Positions 52,197-62,905 of a stretch of DNA of 64,000 bases are shown here, piece after piece. The stretch is taken from contig CAVRUC010000008.1 in assembly GCA_963724295.1 (NCBI GenBank), positions 160,001 through 224,000 on the forward strand, given 5' to 3'. Within the stretch, counting starts at the first letter, position 1. Each line of letters begins with the position of its first letter. This DNA is from an uncultured Chloroflexia bacterium. Lineage in GTDB: Bacteria; Chloroflexota; Chloroflexia; Thermomicrobiales; UBA6265. The position numbers and the translations under genes are program-made. The notes below the pieces were generated by a model that made no database searches, had not been told where the DNA came from, and was given only the letters and a program-made list of their open reading frames with translations.

Positions 52197-53538
52197 ATGT
52201 TTGAAACACTGACCGATCGACTCAACGAAACATTTGCCCGGCTGGGGCGCAAGGGGCGACTGACCGAGCAAGACGTCGACGACGCTATGCGCGAGGTGCG
52301 GCGTGCGCTGCTCGAGGCCGACGTCAACTTCAAGGTCGCCAAGGACTTCGTCGCCGCCGTGCGCGAACGCGCTGTCGGAACAGGATGTCCTGCACTCGCT
52401 CACCCCGGCGCAGACGGTCATCGGTATCGCGAACGAGGAGCTGATCCGCGTCCTGGGCGAGGATGGCCAGGGGCTGATCTCGCCCGACCGGCCACCGCAG
52501 ATCCTGATGCTGGTCGGGCTCCAGGGAAGCGGCAAGACGACCCATGCGGCTAAGCTCGCCGTCCACCTGCGCAAGCAGGGGCGCAATCCCCTGCTCGTGG
52601 CCGCCGACGTCTACCGCCCGGCCGCGATCAACCAGCTGCAGGCGCTTGGCAAGCAGATCAGCATCCCCGTCTACGAGGAGGGGACCGGCGGCAATCCGGT
52701 CGATATCGCCGCCAACGCGTCGCAGTTCGCCCGCGAGCGTGGCTACAACCCGATCATCATCGACACCGCCGGCCGCTTGCAGATCGACGATCGTCTCATG
52801 CAAGAGCTGGTCGACATTCGGGACCGGGTGCGACCGACCGAGATCTTGCTGGTTGCCGACGCCATGACCGGGCAGGAAGCGGTTAGCGTCGCGCAGACGT
52901 TCAACGAGCGGGTCGGGGCCAGCGGGCTGATCCTGACCAAGATGGACGGTGATGCCCGCGGCGGCGCGGCACTTTCGATCCGCGCCGTAACCGGCGTGCC
53001 GATCAAGTTCATCGGCACAGGGGAGAAGCTCGATGCCCTGGAGCCGTTCCATGCCAACCGCCTGGCCGGGCGCATCCTGGGCATGGGCGACATCCTCTCC
53101 CTCATCGAGCGCGCCCAGGAAACGACGACCGAAGAGGATGCGGTCGAGCTACAGGAGCGGATGCTCAAGGGTCAGTTCAATCTGGAGGACTTCCTGGAGC
53201 AGCTGCAAAAAGTCAAGCAGATGGGGCCGCTCAGCCAGCTCCTGGAGATGATCCCCGGTCTGGGCGCGCAGATGCGACAGGCGAAAGCGCAGATCTCCGA
53301 CGACGACTACAAGCGGGTCGAGGCGATCATCTACTCCATGACCCCGGACGAGCGCCGCAATCCCGACGTGATCGGACGGCGACGAACGGCGCGCATTGCC
53401 AAAGGGAGCGGCACCTCCATCCAGGAAGTGAAACAGCTTATCAAGCAGTTTGAAGAGATGCAGAGGATGATGTCACAGATGGGCCGCATGGCGAAGAAGG
53501 GCAAGATGCCGCCCGGCTTGCCCTTCTCAATGGGTTAG
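52197..53538 (+). CDS. ffh: Signal recognition particle protein Ffh (extra base near 52380)
   Basis: [54 protein letters not shown] domain. Confidence 0.97.
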
Positions 53539-53700
53539 GCGGGGTGATGGGTGATAGGGTGATTACTCGCTGCGCTCGTGGTGATGGGGCGGTGGTTCGC
53601 TGCGCTCACGGTGGCAGGGTGGCGGGCAGCGTTCGTCCTGCCACCCTGCTACCTCGCGACCCCGCCACCCATCACCCTATCACCCCATCACCCCATCACG
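53539..53700. repeat. Composite palindromic element with two hairpin units
   Basis: GGGGTGATGGGTGATAGGGTGAT-TACTCGCTGCGCTCGTG..GTTCGCTGCGCTCACG..GTGGCAGGGTGGC / GCCACCCTGC..CCCATCACCCTATCACCCCATCACCCCATCAC. Confidence 0.85.
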
Positions 53701-54557
53701 GCTGATTGGAACGGCTTGGGATCAAATCCTACCCAGTCAATGCCGGAGAGCTGTGCAAAGCGCCTGGCCATCACTTGCAGAGCCTCGGGATTCTGGTCGA
53801 TGAGAACGAACCGGCGTCCAGTTTGCTGACATGCCTCGCCTGTCGTCCCGCTTCCAGCGAAGAAATCCAGAACACAATCGCCCGGGTTTGAGGATGCCAG
53901 AATCATTCGCTTGAGTATCCCCAGGGGCTTCTGGGTGGGATACCCCGTCTTTTCTCTGCCGTTCGTAGCAACGATGGTGTGCCACCACGTATCTGTCGGC
54001 AGTTTGCCGCGCGCGGCTTTCTCCGGTCCTACCAGCCCCGGAGCCATATACGGAATGCGATCGACGTCGTCGTAGTTGAAGACATAGTCTTCCGGATTCT
54101 TGACAAAAACCAGGATCGTGTCGTGCTTCGGCGGCCATTTGTTCTTCGGGCGCCCTCCGTAGTCATAGGCCCAGATAATCTCGTTGAGAAAAGAGTCGCG
54201 ACCGAAAATTGCGTCGAGGAGCACTTTCACATAGTGCACCTCACGGTAATCGAGGTGGACATAGAGCGTCCCGTTCCAGGCCAGGATCCGGTGTGCTTCC
54301 ACGAGTCTTGGCTCCAGGAACCCTAGGTAATCGTCATAGGCATCCGAGAACGCTCTGCTGCCAATGGTCGTCGTCTGATATCGACGGCCCTGAAACCCGG
54401 TGCGATCGCCACTGTCCGATGCAACCGTGCTAACCTGCGTTCTGGCCTGGATTTTCCCGGTGTTGAACGGAGGGTCGATGTAGATCAGGTTGACGCTGGC
54501 GGACGGCATCCCCTGAAGCACATGCAGGTTGTCGGCAAAGATGATCTGATTCTGCAT
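53688..54557 (-). CDS. Site-specific DNA methyltransferase (N4/N6, beta class), orphan
   Basis: Motif IV IYIDPPF N-terminal, FLNEIIWAY, YPTQKP, motif I LDFFAGSGTT C-terminal. Confidence 0.95.
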   Translation of the reverse strand: MQNQIIFADNLHVLQGMPSASVNLIYIDPPFNTGKIQARTQVSTVASDSGDRTGFQGRRYQTTTIGSRAFSDAYDDYLGFLEPRLVEAHRILAWNGTLYVHLDYREVHYVKVLLDAIFGRDSFLNEIIWAYDYGGRPKNKWPPKHDTILVFVKNPEDYVFNYDDVDRIPYMAPGLVGPEKAARGKLPTDTWWHTIVATNGREKTGYPTQKPLGILKRMILASSNPGDCVLDFFAGSGTTGEACQQTGRRFVLIDQNPEALQVMARRFAQLSGIDWVGFDPKPFQSAVMG

Positions 54558-54578
54558 TCCACCAACCTTGCTCGAGAA

Positions 54579-55040
54579 TCAACGGCTGCCGAAGTCGAGC
54601 GCGCGGCGACCGGGCAAGCTCTCGTCGATTGACGAGAGCTCGACCAGCTCGCGAAAGAGCTCACGCAGGGCCGCTTCCGGGTCATCCGCCAATCCGGCGT
54701 GGACGGGCCCCGGTTGGACAACCGTGCTTGCCGGTGCGGAGAGCCAGCCAAACCGCTCGGCGGCTGGTAAGAGCGCGATCGCCCCGCCCGTGGGATCACC
54801 CGCCACTACCAGCCGGATGACCTCGAGCTGGCGCTCCACGGCATCGAGGTCGGGCTCGGGCCAGAGAGCGCGGAGCCGGTCCCTATCGAGCCGCGCCTGG
54901 ACGCCGAGGAACTTGCGCGGCCGCGAGTAGAGCACGACCCCGACATTGACGAACTCCTCCCGCTCGACCCGCGGTACCACCCGGATGGTGGTGTAGGCGA
55001 AGGGAGCGCGCGTTCCACCGCCGCCTTCAGGCTCCGGCAT
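54579..55040 (-). CDS. DUF3037 domain protein
   Basis: F.Y..IRVVPRVEREEFVNVGVVL, ERFGWL.AP.STVVQ..PVH.GL. Confidence 0.9.
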   Translation of the reverse strand: MPEPEGGGGTRAPFAYTTIRVVPRVEREEFVNVGVVLYSRPRKFLGVQARLDRDRLRALWPEPDLDAVERQLEVIRLVVAGDPTGGAIALLPAAERFGWLSAPASTVVQPGPVHAGLADDPEAALRELFRELVELSSIDESLPGRRALDFGSR

Positions 55041-55854
55041 GGCGGGCCTCCTCGGCCTCGTCGACCCAGACTCGCGGTCCAGTCAGGCGGCCGGCAAGGT
55101 GCGTCGTGTAGGCCTCCCGGTGCCGTTCCGGCGATGCAAAGGGAGGGATGCTCTCCAGGAGCGCATCGGGCACCGCGGCAACAACCTCCCGCATCAGATC
55201 CGGGTTCAGACGCGGCGCGAGTCGCGCGTCCGCCTCGCGGATCGACCCCGCGATCGGTAGCAGCACGTGATCCCGAATGACCGGGAAGCGCGCTCCGGCG
55301 TTCGCGGCAATGGCCTCGACGTCGTCTTTCCAGCCATGCTGGGTATAGATCGCGGCCCCATGATCGATCATCCACAGCTGCCGATGCCAGAGCAGGAGGT
55401 TCGGATTCCGCGGCGTACGATCGACGTTCGTCAGGAACGCATCGAACCAGACCACGTCCGCGGCAAGCTCCTCCGAGACACCCGAGCCAATGGGCGCACC
55501 CAACGGCAGGGAGCCGGGCAGATAGTCGATCCCGACGTTGAGACCGGCGCTCCGCTCCAGCAGCTCCTGAATCTCGGGGTCGGGCTCGGCCATGCCGAGG
55601 GCGGGATCGAGATCCACCAGGACGGTCTCGGGCACTGGCAGTTCGAGCAGGCGGCCGATCGCGGCCGCGATCAGCTCCGCGGTCAACGCTTTCGGTCCCT
55701 GCCCCGCGCCACGGAACTTGACGACATAGAGGCCGTCATCGTCCGCCTCCATGATGGCCGGTAACGACCCACCCTCGCGCAGGGGGGTCACGTAGCGAAG
55801 CGCTCGAACCGTTCTTGGAGGTGACCCATTCGATCTCGCCGGCATCGTATCCAT
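55027..55854 (-). CDS. HipA-like Ser/Thr kinase
   Basis: RYVTPLREGGSLP, YVVKFRGAGQG, catalytic NVDRT.RNPNLL, IDHG. Confidence 0.9.
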   Translation of the reverse strand: MDTMPARSNGSPPRTVRALRYVTPLREGGSLPAIMEADDDGLYVVKFRGAGQGPKALTAELIAAAIGRLLELPVPETVLVDLDPALGMAEPDPEIQELLERSAGLNVGIDYLPGSLPLGAPIGSGVSEELAADVVWFDAFLTNVDRTPRNPNLLLWHRQLWMIDHGAAIYTQHGWKDDVEAIAANAGARFPVIRDHVLLPIAGSIREADARLAPRLNPDLMREVVAAVPDALLESIPPFASPERHREAYTTHLAGRLTGPRVWVDEAEEARHAGA

Positions 55855-56076
55855 CCAGACGAAGCACCCCGCGCCGCTGCAAACGGCCGGGGCACGGGCG
55901 CCCGATGATAGGGTCGAACGCGATAGCGAGTGTACCGAACAATCAGCATCTGCCCTCTGAAACAGGAACCGCCATCAGGACTCACGCGGTAAAAGGGCTA
56001 TTCCAGGACCAATGCGGGGAGGACAGGGCTTTCGCACGGTCATCGCTCTCATTACCGTAGGGCGTGGAGGGGTGGC

Positions 56077-56316
56077 ATGATGAAGCGGTTGATTTGCCTC
56101 GTGAACGGTCATCAACGGACTCTGATGCCTTTCACCAGCAACCGGTTCTCGTGTCGTCGCTGTGGGGCGGATCTGGGTCGCGACATCCCCGCGATGCCAC
56201 CTCCGCCCACCGCGGCCTTGCCACCGACACCACCCCGGACTCACGAAACGACCACCCGCGTTCCCAAGGCAGCGCCCGCTTCGCATCAGGAAGCTGGTAG
56301 CTCCTCGATAAGGTAG
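56077..56316 (+). CDS. Small zinc-ribbon-like protein (DUF1660-like)
   Basis: GGAGGGG SD; MKRLICLVNGH...CRRCG pattern followed by a Pro-rich tail. Confidence 0.6.
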   Translation: MMKRLICLVNGHQRTLMPFTSNRFSCRRCGADLGRDIPAMPPPPTAALPPTPPRTHETTTRVPKAAPASHQEAGSSSIR

Positions 56317-56818
56317 GCGCCGTCTCGTCCGGTCTGTTCTCTGGCCCGGATCACACGTTCAGTTGTGAGACCTCCCGAATCCTCTCGAACCTTTCCGCGC
56401 GAACCGACCCGGCGCGAACTGGGTCCGGAATAGCGTTGCTCCATGTCCAGGAGGAGCGGTTCTTTGAGCGCACGAGCGGCTCTCGGGCAGGCGGCCCGGC
56501 AAACAGAGGCTGTGACGTCATATTCGTTGGATAGGGTGGCTGAAGTAGCGGCAGATCTGTGAGGAGGAGGCGCGCGGCTGTATCCAACCGCGCGCCCAAC
56601 GCCTCGACAGGAACAGGGTGCCTCGCGTCGTGGCTGGCGACGCTGGGAGGCGGTCCGGTTCCTTTGCCCGCTTGAAAACCTCGCCGCGGGCTGGAGCGAA
56701 CTAAGATCGCCCCGGGAACGACCCCTGAGGAGGCCGCTCCGTCTCCGCATTGTAAAGACGCGTGCAGTGGCGGTAGGTCCCTATTGGATACCGTTATCCG
56801 CACGTTCGCGCCGGACGA

Positions 56819-56963
56819 GGGTGACGGGTGATGGGGTGATTACTCGCTGCGCTCGTGGTGAAGGGGACCCCAGGTGACTGGGGACTGGGGGATAGGAGAC
56901 GGCCTCTCGGTCTCCCTATCACCCGATGACCCTATCCACCCCATCACCCGCCACCCATCACCC
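56819..56963. repeat. Composite palindromic element
   Basis: GGGTGACGGGTGATGGGGTGATTACTCGCTGCGCTCGTGGTGAAGGGGACCCCAGG... near-identical over ~50 bp to 43733-43782; right arm CCATCACCCGCCACCCATCACCC. Confidence 0.85.
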
Positions 56964-56967
56964 ACGC

Positions 56968-57603
56968 CTAGATGAGCCCGCGCCGGATCGCCTCGGCGAC
57001 CGCATGCGCCCGGTCAAGCGCGCCCAGTTTCTGGAAGATGACCTGCAGCCGCTTTTTGACCGCGACCTCGGTACGGCCCGTGGCCAGACCGATCTCCCGG
57101 TTGGTGGAGCCTTTGCTCGCGAGACGCAGAATCTCCAGATCGTCGGCGGAGAGATCGCTCGTGCGCTGGGTTTGCTCCCGCGCCAGACCGCCGAACTCCA
57201 ACAGCACGCCGTCCAGCAGTTCCGGGCTGAGCTGCCGGCGCCCGCGGGCCGCGGAGCGGATGGCCGCGATCAGCTTCTCTGGCGCGGTGCTCTTGAGCAG
57301 GTAGCCGTCGGCGCCCGCTTCCAGCGCCTGCCGCACGTACGCCTGGTCCCCGTACGAGGTAAGGATGATGATGGCAACACGGTCATCCACGTCGCGCAAC
57401 TGCCGCGTCGCCTGCACGCCGCTGGCGCCTGGCATCCGCAGATCGAGCAATACGACGTCGGGATGGAGGGCGCGGGTCTTCTCGATCGCGCCGGAGGCGT
57501 CGTGCGCTTCGCCGGTGACGGTCAGGTCACCGGCCGTCGCCAGCACCTTGCGCAGACCTTCGATCACGACCGGATGGTCGTCGACCAGGAGCACCGAGAT
57601 CAC
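56968..57603 (-). CDS. NarL/LuxR-family response regulator
   Basis: VLLVDDH, LLDLRMP, ILTSY, GYLLK, C-terminal HTH (TNREIG, IFQKLG). Confidence 0.93.
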   Translation of the reverse strand: MISVLLVDDHPVVIEGLRKVLATAGDLTVTGEAHDASGAIEKTRALHPDVVLLDLRMPGASGVQATRQLRDVDDRVAIIILTSYGDQAYVRQALEAGADGYLLKSTAPEKLIAAIRSAARGRRQLSPELLDGVLLEFGGLAREQTQRTSDLSADDLEILRLASKGSTNREIGLATGRTEVAVKKRLQVIFQKLGALDRAHAVAEAIRRGLI

Positions 57604-59441
57604 GCGGAAATCCGTTTCGGCACGCTAGCCTCCAGCTCCGGCATGTCTCCATCCGGCTCCAGCTCCGGCACGGTGGTAAGCTCGAGATCGATCGGCCGCT
57701 CGATCATGACGGTCGTCCCGTCACCGGGTCGCGACATCACCGCGAACGCTGCCCCAATAGCCGCGGCGCGCTCGCGCATGCTGAGCAATCCCAGCGCCGT
57801 CGGCCGCGCCGTGTGTTGCGGATTGAATCCGGCGCCGTTGTCACGGATCGTCACGCGCAGCACGTCGTCGATGACCTCGAAGCGAACGACCGCCTCGTCC
57901 GCGGCGGCATGGCGCAGGGCATTGTGCAGCGCCTCCTGCACGATGCGGTAGATCGCCAGCCGCACTTCGGGTGTCAGCGGCGGCAACTCCTCCTCCGCTT
58001 CGAGCTGGACGTTGAGGCCAGAGCGCTGCACCTGCCCGATGTAGCGCTCGATGGCCGCCACGACGCCGATATCGTCGAGATCGGGCGGGCGGAGCGCGAA
58101 GATCACACCGTGCAGCTCTTCCATGGCCTTGGAGAGGAGCTCGCCGATGCTGTCCAGGGTCGAATCACGACGCGCGGCGGAGCGTCCGGGATCGTCCGGA
58201 GTACCCAGCCGCAACGCGCGCGCCTGGTAAAGCGCTCCGGTAATCAAGGGAGACACGGCGTCGTGGATCTCGCCGGCTATTCGCCGCCGCTCGTCCTCCT
58301 GGAGACGAACGGTGCGCCGGTTCAAATCGCGCAGTTGCCCAGCCTGGGCAGTGCCCGCCTCTCTCGCCTGCTCCAGATCGCGGACTTGCTCGCCCAGTTG
58401 CAGGGCTGTGGCATCCAGGGCCGCGCTGAGATCCGCGATCTCGCTGCTTCCCGTCTGGACCAGCTCTCGCGGGCTGAAGTCCCCATGGGCCAGTGCTTCC
58501 GCCTGTAAACGCAGCTCGCGCAACGGCCGCGCCAGCAATTCGGCGGCGAGTGCGCCCAGCGCCAGGGTCCCCAGCGCTGCCGCGACCACAGCCGCGATGG
58601 AGCGCGTGACCATGGCCTGATTTGGGGCGTACGCGGCGGGCGATGGATGCGTTACCAGCACTCCCCATGTCGATCCCGGCACCGGGGCGTAGACGGCGAA
58701 CCGCTCCTTGCCGTTCTGATCCACATAGACGTGAGCTCCCGGGCCACTCGTCGATAGCGACGGGACCGTCGTCGAGGCCAGCGTGTTCACGGCCGGATCG
58801 GCGCCCTGGGTGGCGACGACCTGCCCATCCGCCACCACCGCGATCAGGGTGTCGCCACGAGCGAAGGGAAGCACAGCCGCGCCGAGCCGCTCGACCGAAA
58901 GCAGGGAGCCGATCACGCCGATCGGCTCCCCCTCTGCCTGGTCCTTGTCCCGTACCGGCATGGTGAGAGCGATCACTCGCGCGTCGGGAGCCGTCAGGGC
59001 ATTCGAGACGCCCGGTTCCCCCAGCTTGAGCGACCGGTCGACGGCATCGCTGAACGCCGAATGCGACTGGAACTGTGTCGGATCGAGCCCGGTGCTGGCG
59101 ACCGGGTTGCCTTGCGGACCCAGCACAAAGAGCCCGTAGAGATTCGGGTGCGCGCGGCTGAACTGATCGAGTGCGTCTTTGGCCGATCCCGGCTCCATGC
59201 GACGCACGCGGTCGATACTCGCCAGCTCTTGCAGCACCTTCTGGTTGTCAGAGAGCGTCGTCCCCAGCACGCTGGCGACGACCTCGGCGGTCGCGGCCTG
59301 GGCGTCGAGAACCTGATCGCGACCGGCATTGGCCGTCTCGGCAATGATCACCGCGATCACGACGAGCAGCGGCAGCATGCAAGCGGCCGCAAACAGGATC
59401 AGACGATTCCTTAACGAAAGACGTCGCGGCAAATCCCTCAC
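57600..59441 (-). CDS. Sensor histidine kinase (Cache-like, HAMP, HisKA_3, HATPase)
   Basis: Two TM segments, ERRRIAGEIHD, RPPDLDDIG, YRIVQEALHNALRH, DNGAGF, GLLSMRERA. Confidence 0.93.
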   Translation of the reverse strand: MRDLPRRLSLRNRLILFAAACMLPLLVVIAVIIAETANAGRDQVLDAQAATAEVVASVLGTTLSDNQKVLQELASIDRVRRMEPGSAKDALDQFSRAHPNLYGLFVLGPQGNPVASTGLDPTQFQSHSAFSDAVDRSLKLGEPGVSNALTAPDARVIALTMPVRDKDQAEGEPIGVIGSLLSVERLGAAVLPFARGDTLIAVVADGQVVATQGADPAVNTLASTTVPSLSTSGPGAHVYVDQNGKERFAVYAPVPGSTWGVLVTHPSPAAYAPNQAMVTRSIAAVVAAALGTLALGALAAELLARPLRELRLQAEALAHGDFSPRELVQTGSSEIADLSAALDATALQLGEQVRDLEQAREAGTAQAGQLRDLNRRTVRLQEDERRRIAGEIHDAVSPLITGALYQARALRLGTPDDPGRSAARRDSTLDSIGELLSKAMEELHGVIFALRPPDLDDIGVVAAIERYIGQVQRSGLNVQLEAEEELPPLTPEVRLAIYRIVQEALHNALRHAAADEAVVRFEVIDDVLRVTIRDNGAGFNPQHTARPTALGLLSMRERAAAIGAAFAVMSRPGDGTTVMIERPIDLELTTVPELEPDGDMPELEASVPKRISA

Positions 59442-59591
59442 TCCGTGGGCGGCCGGCGTTTAGGGTGACGGCTAATGATCGGTTACCGGGAGATTGCCGA
59501 AAGTACCCATTCGATCCCTTCCCTGGTCCCATACGTACCCGCTCGTGCCCCCGTTTCGCGGGCTTTGCCCAGATTTACGTCGGATTTCGGC

Positions 59592-60503
59592 TTACGGGTT
59601 GGTTCGCGACCGACCGTCATCGCGCCGGGAATCAATCCAGTGCAGAATGCGGTCGGTGTATGTCGTCGCGTTCGGATCGAAATGACTTCCCGCTCGCGAC
59701 ACGTACGGCTTGGCCACCCGGCGCAGGAAGCGGAGCAACCCCTCTTCCCGGATTGCAGCGAGCGCGTCCCGATAGAAGTCGAAGATATGGACGTTGCCCA
59801 TCTCTACGCCGGCTTTCGCCGCCGCCAGACCGAGCGCGGCCGAGACATCGGTCAGCGACCGCCCTTCCCGCTGCGCGGTCGCTTGTATCTCCCGGAAGAG
59901 CGTGGCCAGCTCCTGGGCCGGGGGGAGATCGCTCGCCTGGCGGCGCAGGGCATCGAACGAGGCGCGAGCTTCCCGCAACGACATCGGTGGAACATCGATC
60001 GCATCCGCCAGGACCCCGGAGCCGGTCTCCAGGCGGCTCAGGAGATCTTCGTAGGACGCGACGTCCGTGTCCCGCGGCAGATGACCAGCCGCTTCCAGCT
60101 CGCCGACCAGTGCTCGCAGGTAGGCCTTCGACCCACCCATGACATCGGACGCGGCCGCCAGCACCCACAATGGTGAGAAGCCGACAGCGAAGATGCTGGC
60201 AACCTCCAGCACGTTGCCGGTGAACTTGCGCGCGGCCAGCTCCTGGACCGGGGTCGCCTCGTCCAGATAGATGTCGCGCACATCGCCGATCCACTCGATC
60301 AGGATGCGCAGCAGGCGATCGACGGTCACCTGATAGAGCTTGGACTTCCGTAGCGCCCGCGGCAGGGCGACATTGCTCGTCTCGTAGACCGCGCCGGCCA
60401 CGACCGCGATCGCGGCGCGCGTCATGCGCTCCGGTAGGGACATGATGTAGCGGGGGATCCGCCGCGGGGGAGCAACGGGTGAGTTCGCATTTGGGTCACG
60501 CAT
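59592..60503 (-). CDS. Hypothetical protein
   Basis: About 303-aa helical ORF with coding-like codon use; start uncertain. Confidence 0.75.
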   Translation of the reverse strand: MRDPNANSPVAPPRRIPRYIMSLPERMTRAAIAVVAGAVYETSNVALPRALRKSKLYQVTVDRLLRILIEWIGDVRDIYLDEATPVQELAARKFTGNVLEVASIFAVGFSPLWVLAAASDVMGGSKAYLRALVGELEAAGHLPRDTDVASYEDLLSRLETGSGVLADAIDVPPMSLREARASFDALRRQASDLPPAQELATLFREIQATAQREGRSLTDVSAALGLAAAKAGVEMGNVHIFDFYRDALAAIREEGLLRFLRRVAKPYVSRAGSHFDPNATTYTDRILHWIDSRRDDGRSRTNP

Positions 60504-60723
60504 GTTCCGCTCTGTCGCCATGAGACGAACGATACGAGCGAGGACGCGAGACGTCGAGACTTCGGGAATGCGAAAGCGGGCGCAACAGAGGTTGCCACTT
60601 GGCGATTTTGCAGACTGCAGAGCCTGGTCGCTGGCCCTCGAGGCGCCCTGGAACGGATATCGTTGCTGCCGTGAAGAGGAATCTTCATCAAGCGCGGAGA
60701 CACAGGAGGCACCCGAACCAACC

Positions 60724-61245
60724 ATGACGAGCGATCTCTGGCTGGAGCGAGTGGACCCCGGTCCTGAGCGGGAGTTGCACCTGCCGCTTCTGCTCCTGGC
60801 TGATGAGCCGCAGCCCCTGCGAGGCTATCTACAGGACGGGACTCTTTACGTCTTGCATGCCGATAACGGAGGCTCGATCGGGGTGACCCATGTGGTGACC
60901 TACGACGCAGACCCCGAGACCGTCGAATTGAAGGCAGTGGCTATCGCACAGACCCGGCACAACCAGGGACTTGGGCGCCGGATGCTGGCCATGGTGATGG
61001 ATGATCTCCGGTCGCGGGGCACGCGACGAGTCGTCGTCGGCACGAGTAACGCCGGCATCGGTGAGATGGCGTTCTACCAGAAAGCGGGGTTCCGTCTCTG
61101 GCGCATCGAGCGCGATTACTTCACCGCCGAAAAGGGCTATGACCCCAATGACCGCCATAACGGGCTGCCGCACCGGGACATGGTGTGGTTCGATCAGGAC
61201 TTGACGCCAGCTAGCAGCGGCGCCAGCAACCAACATGAGCGATGA
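60724..61245 (+). CDS. GNAT N-acetyltransferase (YvbK-like)
   Basis: LLLLADE, ELKAVAI, NQGLG, VGTSN, FYQKAGFR; AGGAGG SD. Confidence 0.88.
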   Translation: MTSDLWLERVDPGPERELHLPLLLLADEPQPLRGYLQDGTLYVLHADNGGSIGVTHVVTYDADPETVELKAVAIAQTRHNQGLGRRMLAMVMDDLRSRGTRRVVVGTSNAGIGEMAFYQKAGFRLWRIERDYFTAEKGYDPNDRHNGLPHRDMVWFDQDLTPASSGASNQHER

Positions 61246-61318
61246 TATCGAACTGATTGCAACCACAATGAGTGGAACATCGTCACCACCGCAGGTGACC
61301 CGAGAGGAGCCCGTACGC

Positions 61319-62306
61319 ATGGCCGTCAAGACCCGTGGCTCAGAAACGAGCGTTACGCCCGTTGTCCAGCAGGGGCGCTGGCCGGAGAGCACGCGCCCGA
61401 TGAGCCTGGGTCTGATGCTGCCCACCGCCGAACAGAACGCGGTCGCCAACGACTCGCCGGTCGATGGCTTCTGGGACACCGTGGCCATGGCCAGACTCGC
61501 CGTCGAGATCGGGTTCGACATGCTCTGGCTGCCAGATCACTTCATGCTCAAGCTGGAGCGGCATGGCGGTCAAGCGCGCGGTGTGTGGGAGTGCTGGACG
61601 ACAACCGCGGGTATCGCGGCCGCGCTGCCAGGGATTCCCATCGGGACGATGGTGGCCTGTACCGCGTTCCACAACCCCGGCTCCATCGCCAAGATGGCCG
61701 AGACCATCGATGACATCAGCCGCGGCAACTTCGTGCTCGGGCTCGGCTGCGGCTGGCACGCTGACGAGTACCACATGGTACGGACTCCCCTTCGATCACC
61801 GCGTCGATCGGTTCGAGGAGGCGCTCCAGATCATCTCGCCACTGGTGCGGACGGGTCGCGCCACGTTCGAGGGCGAGTACTACCAGGCGCGCGACGCGAT
61901 CAACTTTCCGCGAGGTCCGCGCTGGCGCGAGGGCGGTCCTCCCATGCTGTTCGGCGCCAACAAGCCGCGCATGATGCGTCTTACCGCGCTGTACGCCGAC
62001 GCCTGGAACGCGGACTGGCAGGACAATGCGCAGATCGTGGCCGAGCGCATGACGCTGCTCGACGAGGCGTGTCTCGAGGTTGGCCGGGAGCCGTCCGGCC
62101 TGGTTCGCACCGGCGGCAGTCAGTTCGCCATGGCCGGGTGCCAGGATCGCTGGTACCCGATCCGCGGCAGTGTCGACGAGATGGCCGCGGCGATGCATTC
62201 GTTCCGGGATGTGGGACTGGTCCACTACCTCTGCGCTCCGGATCCGTGCACGATGGAGACGCTGCAGGATTTCGCGAAGGTGATCGAGGCGTACGACCGG
62301 GGGTAG
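61319..62306 (+). CDS. LLM class flavin-dependent oxidoreductase (extra base near 61778)
   Basis: GFDMLWLPDH, WECWT, AKMAETID.IS.G.F.LGLGCGW, RFEEAL, YADAWN. Confidence 0.9.
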
Positions 62307-62356
62307 CAATCCCGGGAGCCAATCAGTGCATCTTGACCGAACGGGGAGCGAGAAGC

Positions 62357-62905
62357 ATGTCAACTCTGCCCATCGAGACCGAACGACTGCGGATTCGCCA
62401 CTTCAACCCCGAGGACTGGCACGCCGTCCATACCTACACCAGTGATGCCGGCGTGATGACCTACGTGCCGGAAGGCGTGATGACGGAGGAGCAGACCAAA
62501 CAATTCATTGCCGAGGGCATGGCCGAGGACGCGCGGACCTATGCCGTCGACCTCCTGGCGGAGGATCGACTCATCGGGCACGTGGGGTTTCATCCCTGGT
62601 TCGCCCCCCGCATCTACGAGCTCGGCTGGGTCTTTCACCCCCGATATCACCGGCAGGGGTACGCGACCGAGGCCGCTGCGGCCCTGCTTCGATACGGGTT
62701 CGAATCGCTCTCGGTCCACCGCGTGATCGCGACTTGTCAGCCGGAGAACCGACCGTCCTGGCGGGTGATGGAAAAGCTCGGCATGCAGCGGGAAGGTCAT
62801 CTCCGGAAATGCATCTATCGTGACGAGACGACCTGGTGGGACGAGTACTTCTACGCAATTCTGGAGGATGAGTGGTTCGGCGCAGTCGTAAGTCGTAAGT
62901 CGTGA
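62357..62905 (+). CDS. RimJ/RimL-type GNAT acetyltransferase
   Basis: IETERLRIR, ELGWVF, GYATEAA, N..SWRVMEKLGM..EG. Confidence 0.92.
   Translation: MSTLPIETERLRIRHFNPEDWHAVHTYTSDAGVMTYVPEGVMTEEQTKQFIAEGMAEDARTYAVDLLAEDRLIGHVGFHPWFAPRIYELGWVFHPRYHRQGYATEAAAALLRYGFESLSVHRVIATCQPENRPSWRVMEKLGMQREGHLRKCIYRDETTWWDEYFYAILEDEWFGAVVSRKS

Noticed and set aside
52370..52390. Programmed frameshift in ffh
   Set aside because: No slippery heptamer or stimulatory structure, and similar indels occur throughout the window
56317..56818. ORFs 56286-56750 and 56351-56803
   Set aside because: No SD, motifs or coding-like composition; left unassigned
59500..59545. NarL-type TACCCAT heptamer upstream of the two-component operon
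   Set aside because: Single short matches without a 7-2-7 inverted arrangement; could easily be chance
61235..62905. LLM-GNAT fusion (556-aa ORF)
   Set aside because: An extra base near 61778 shifts the frame; the LLM ends at 62306 and the GNAT has its own ATG at 62357
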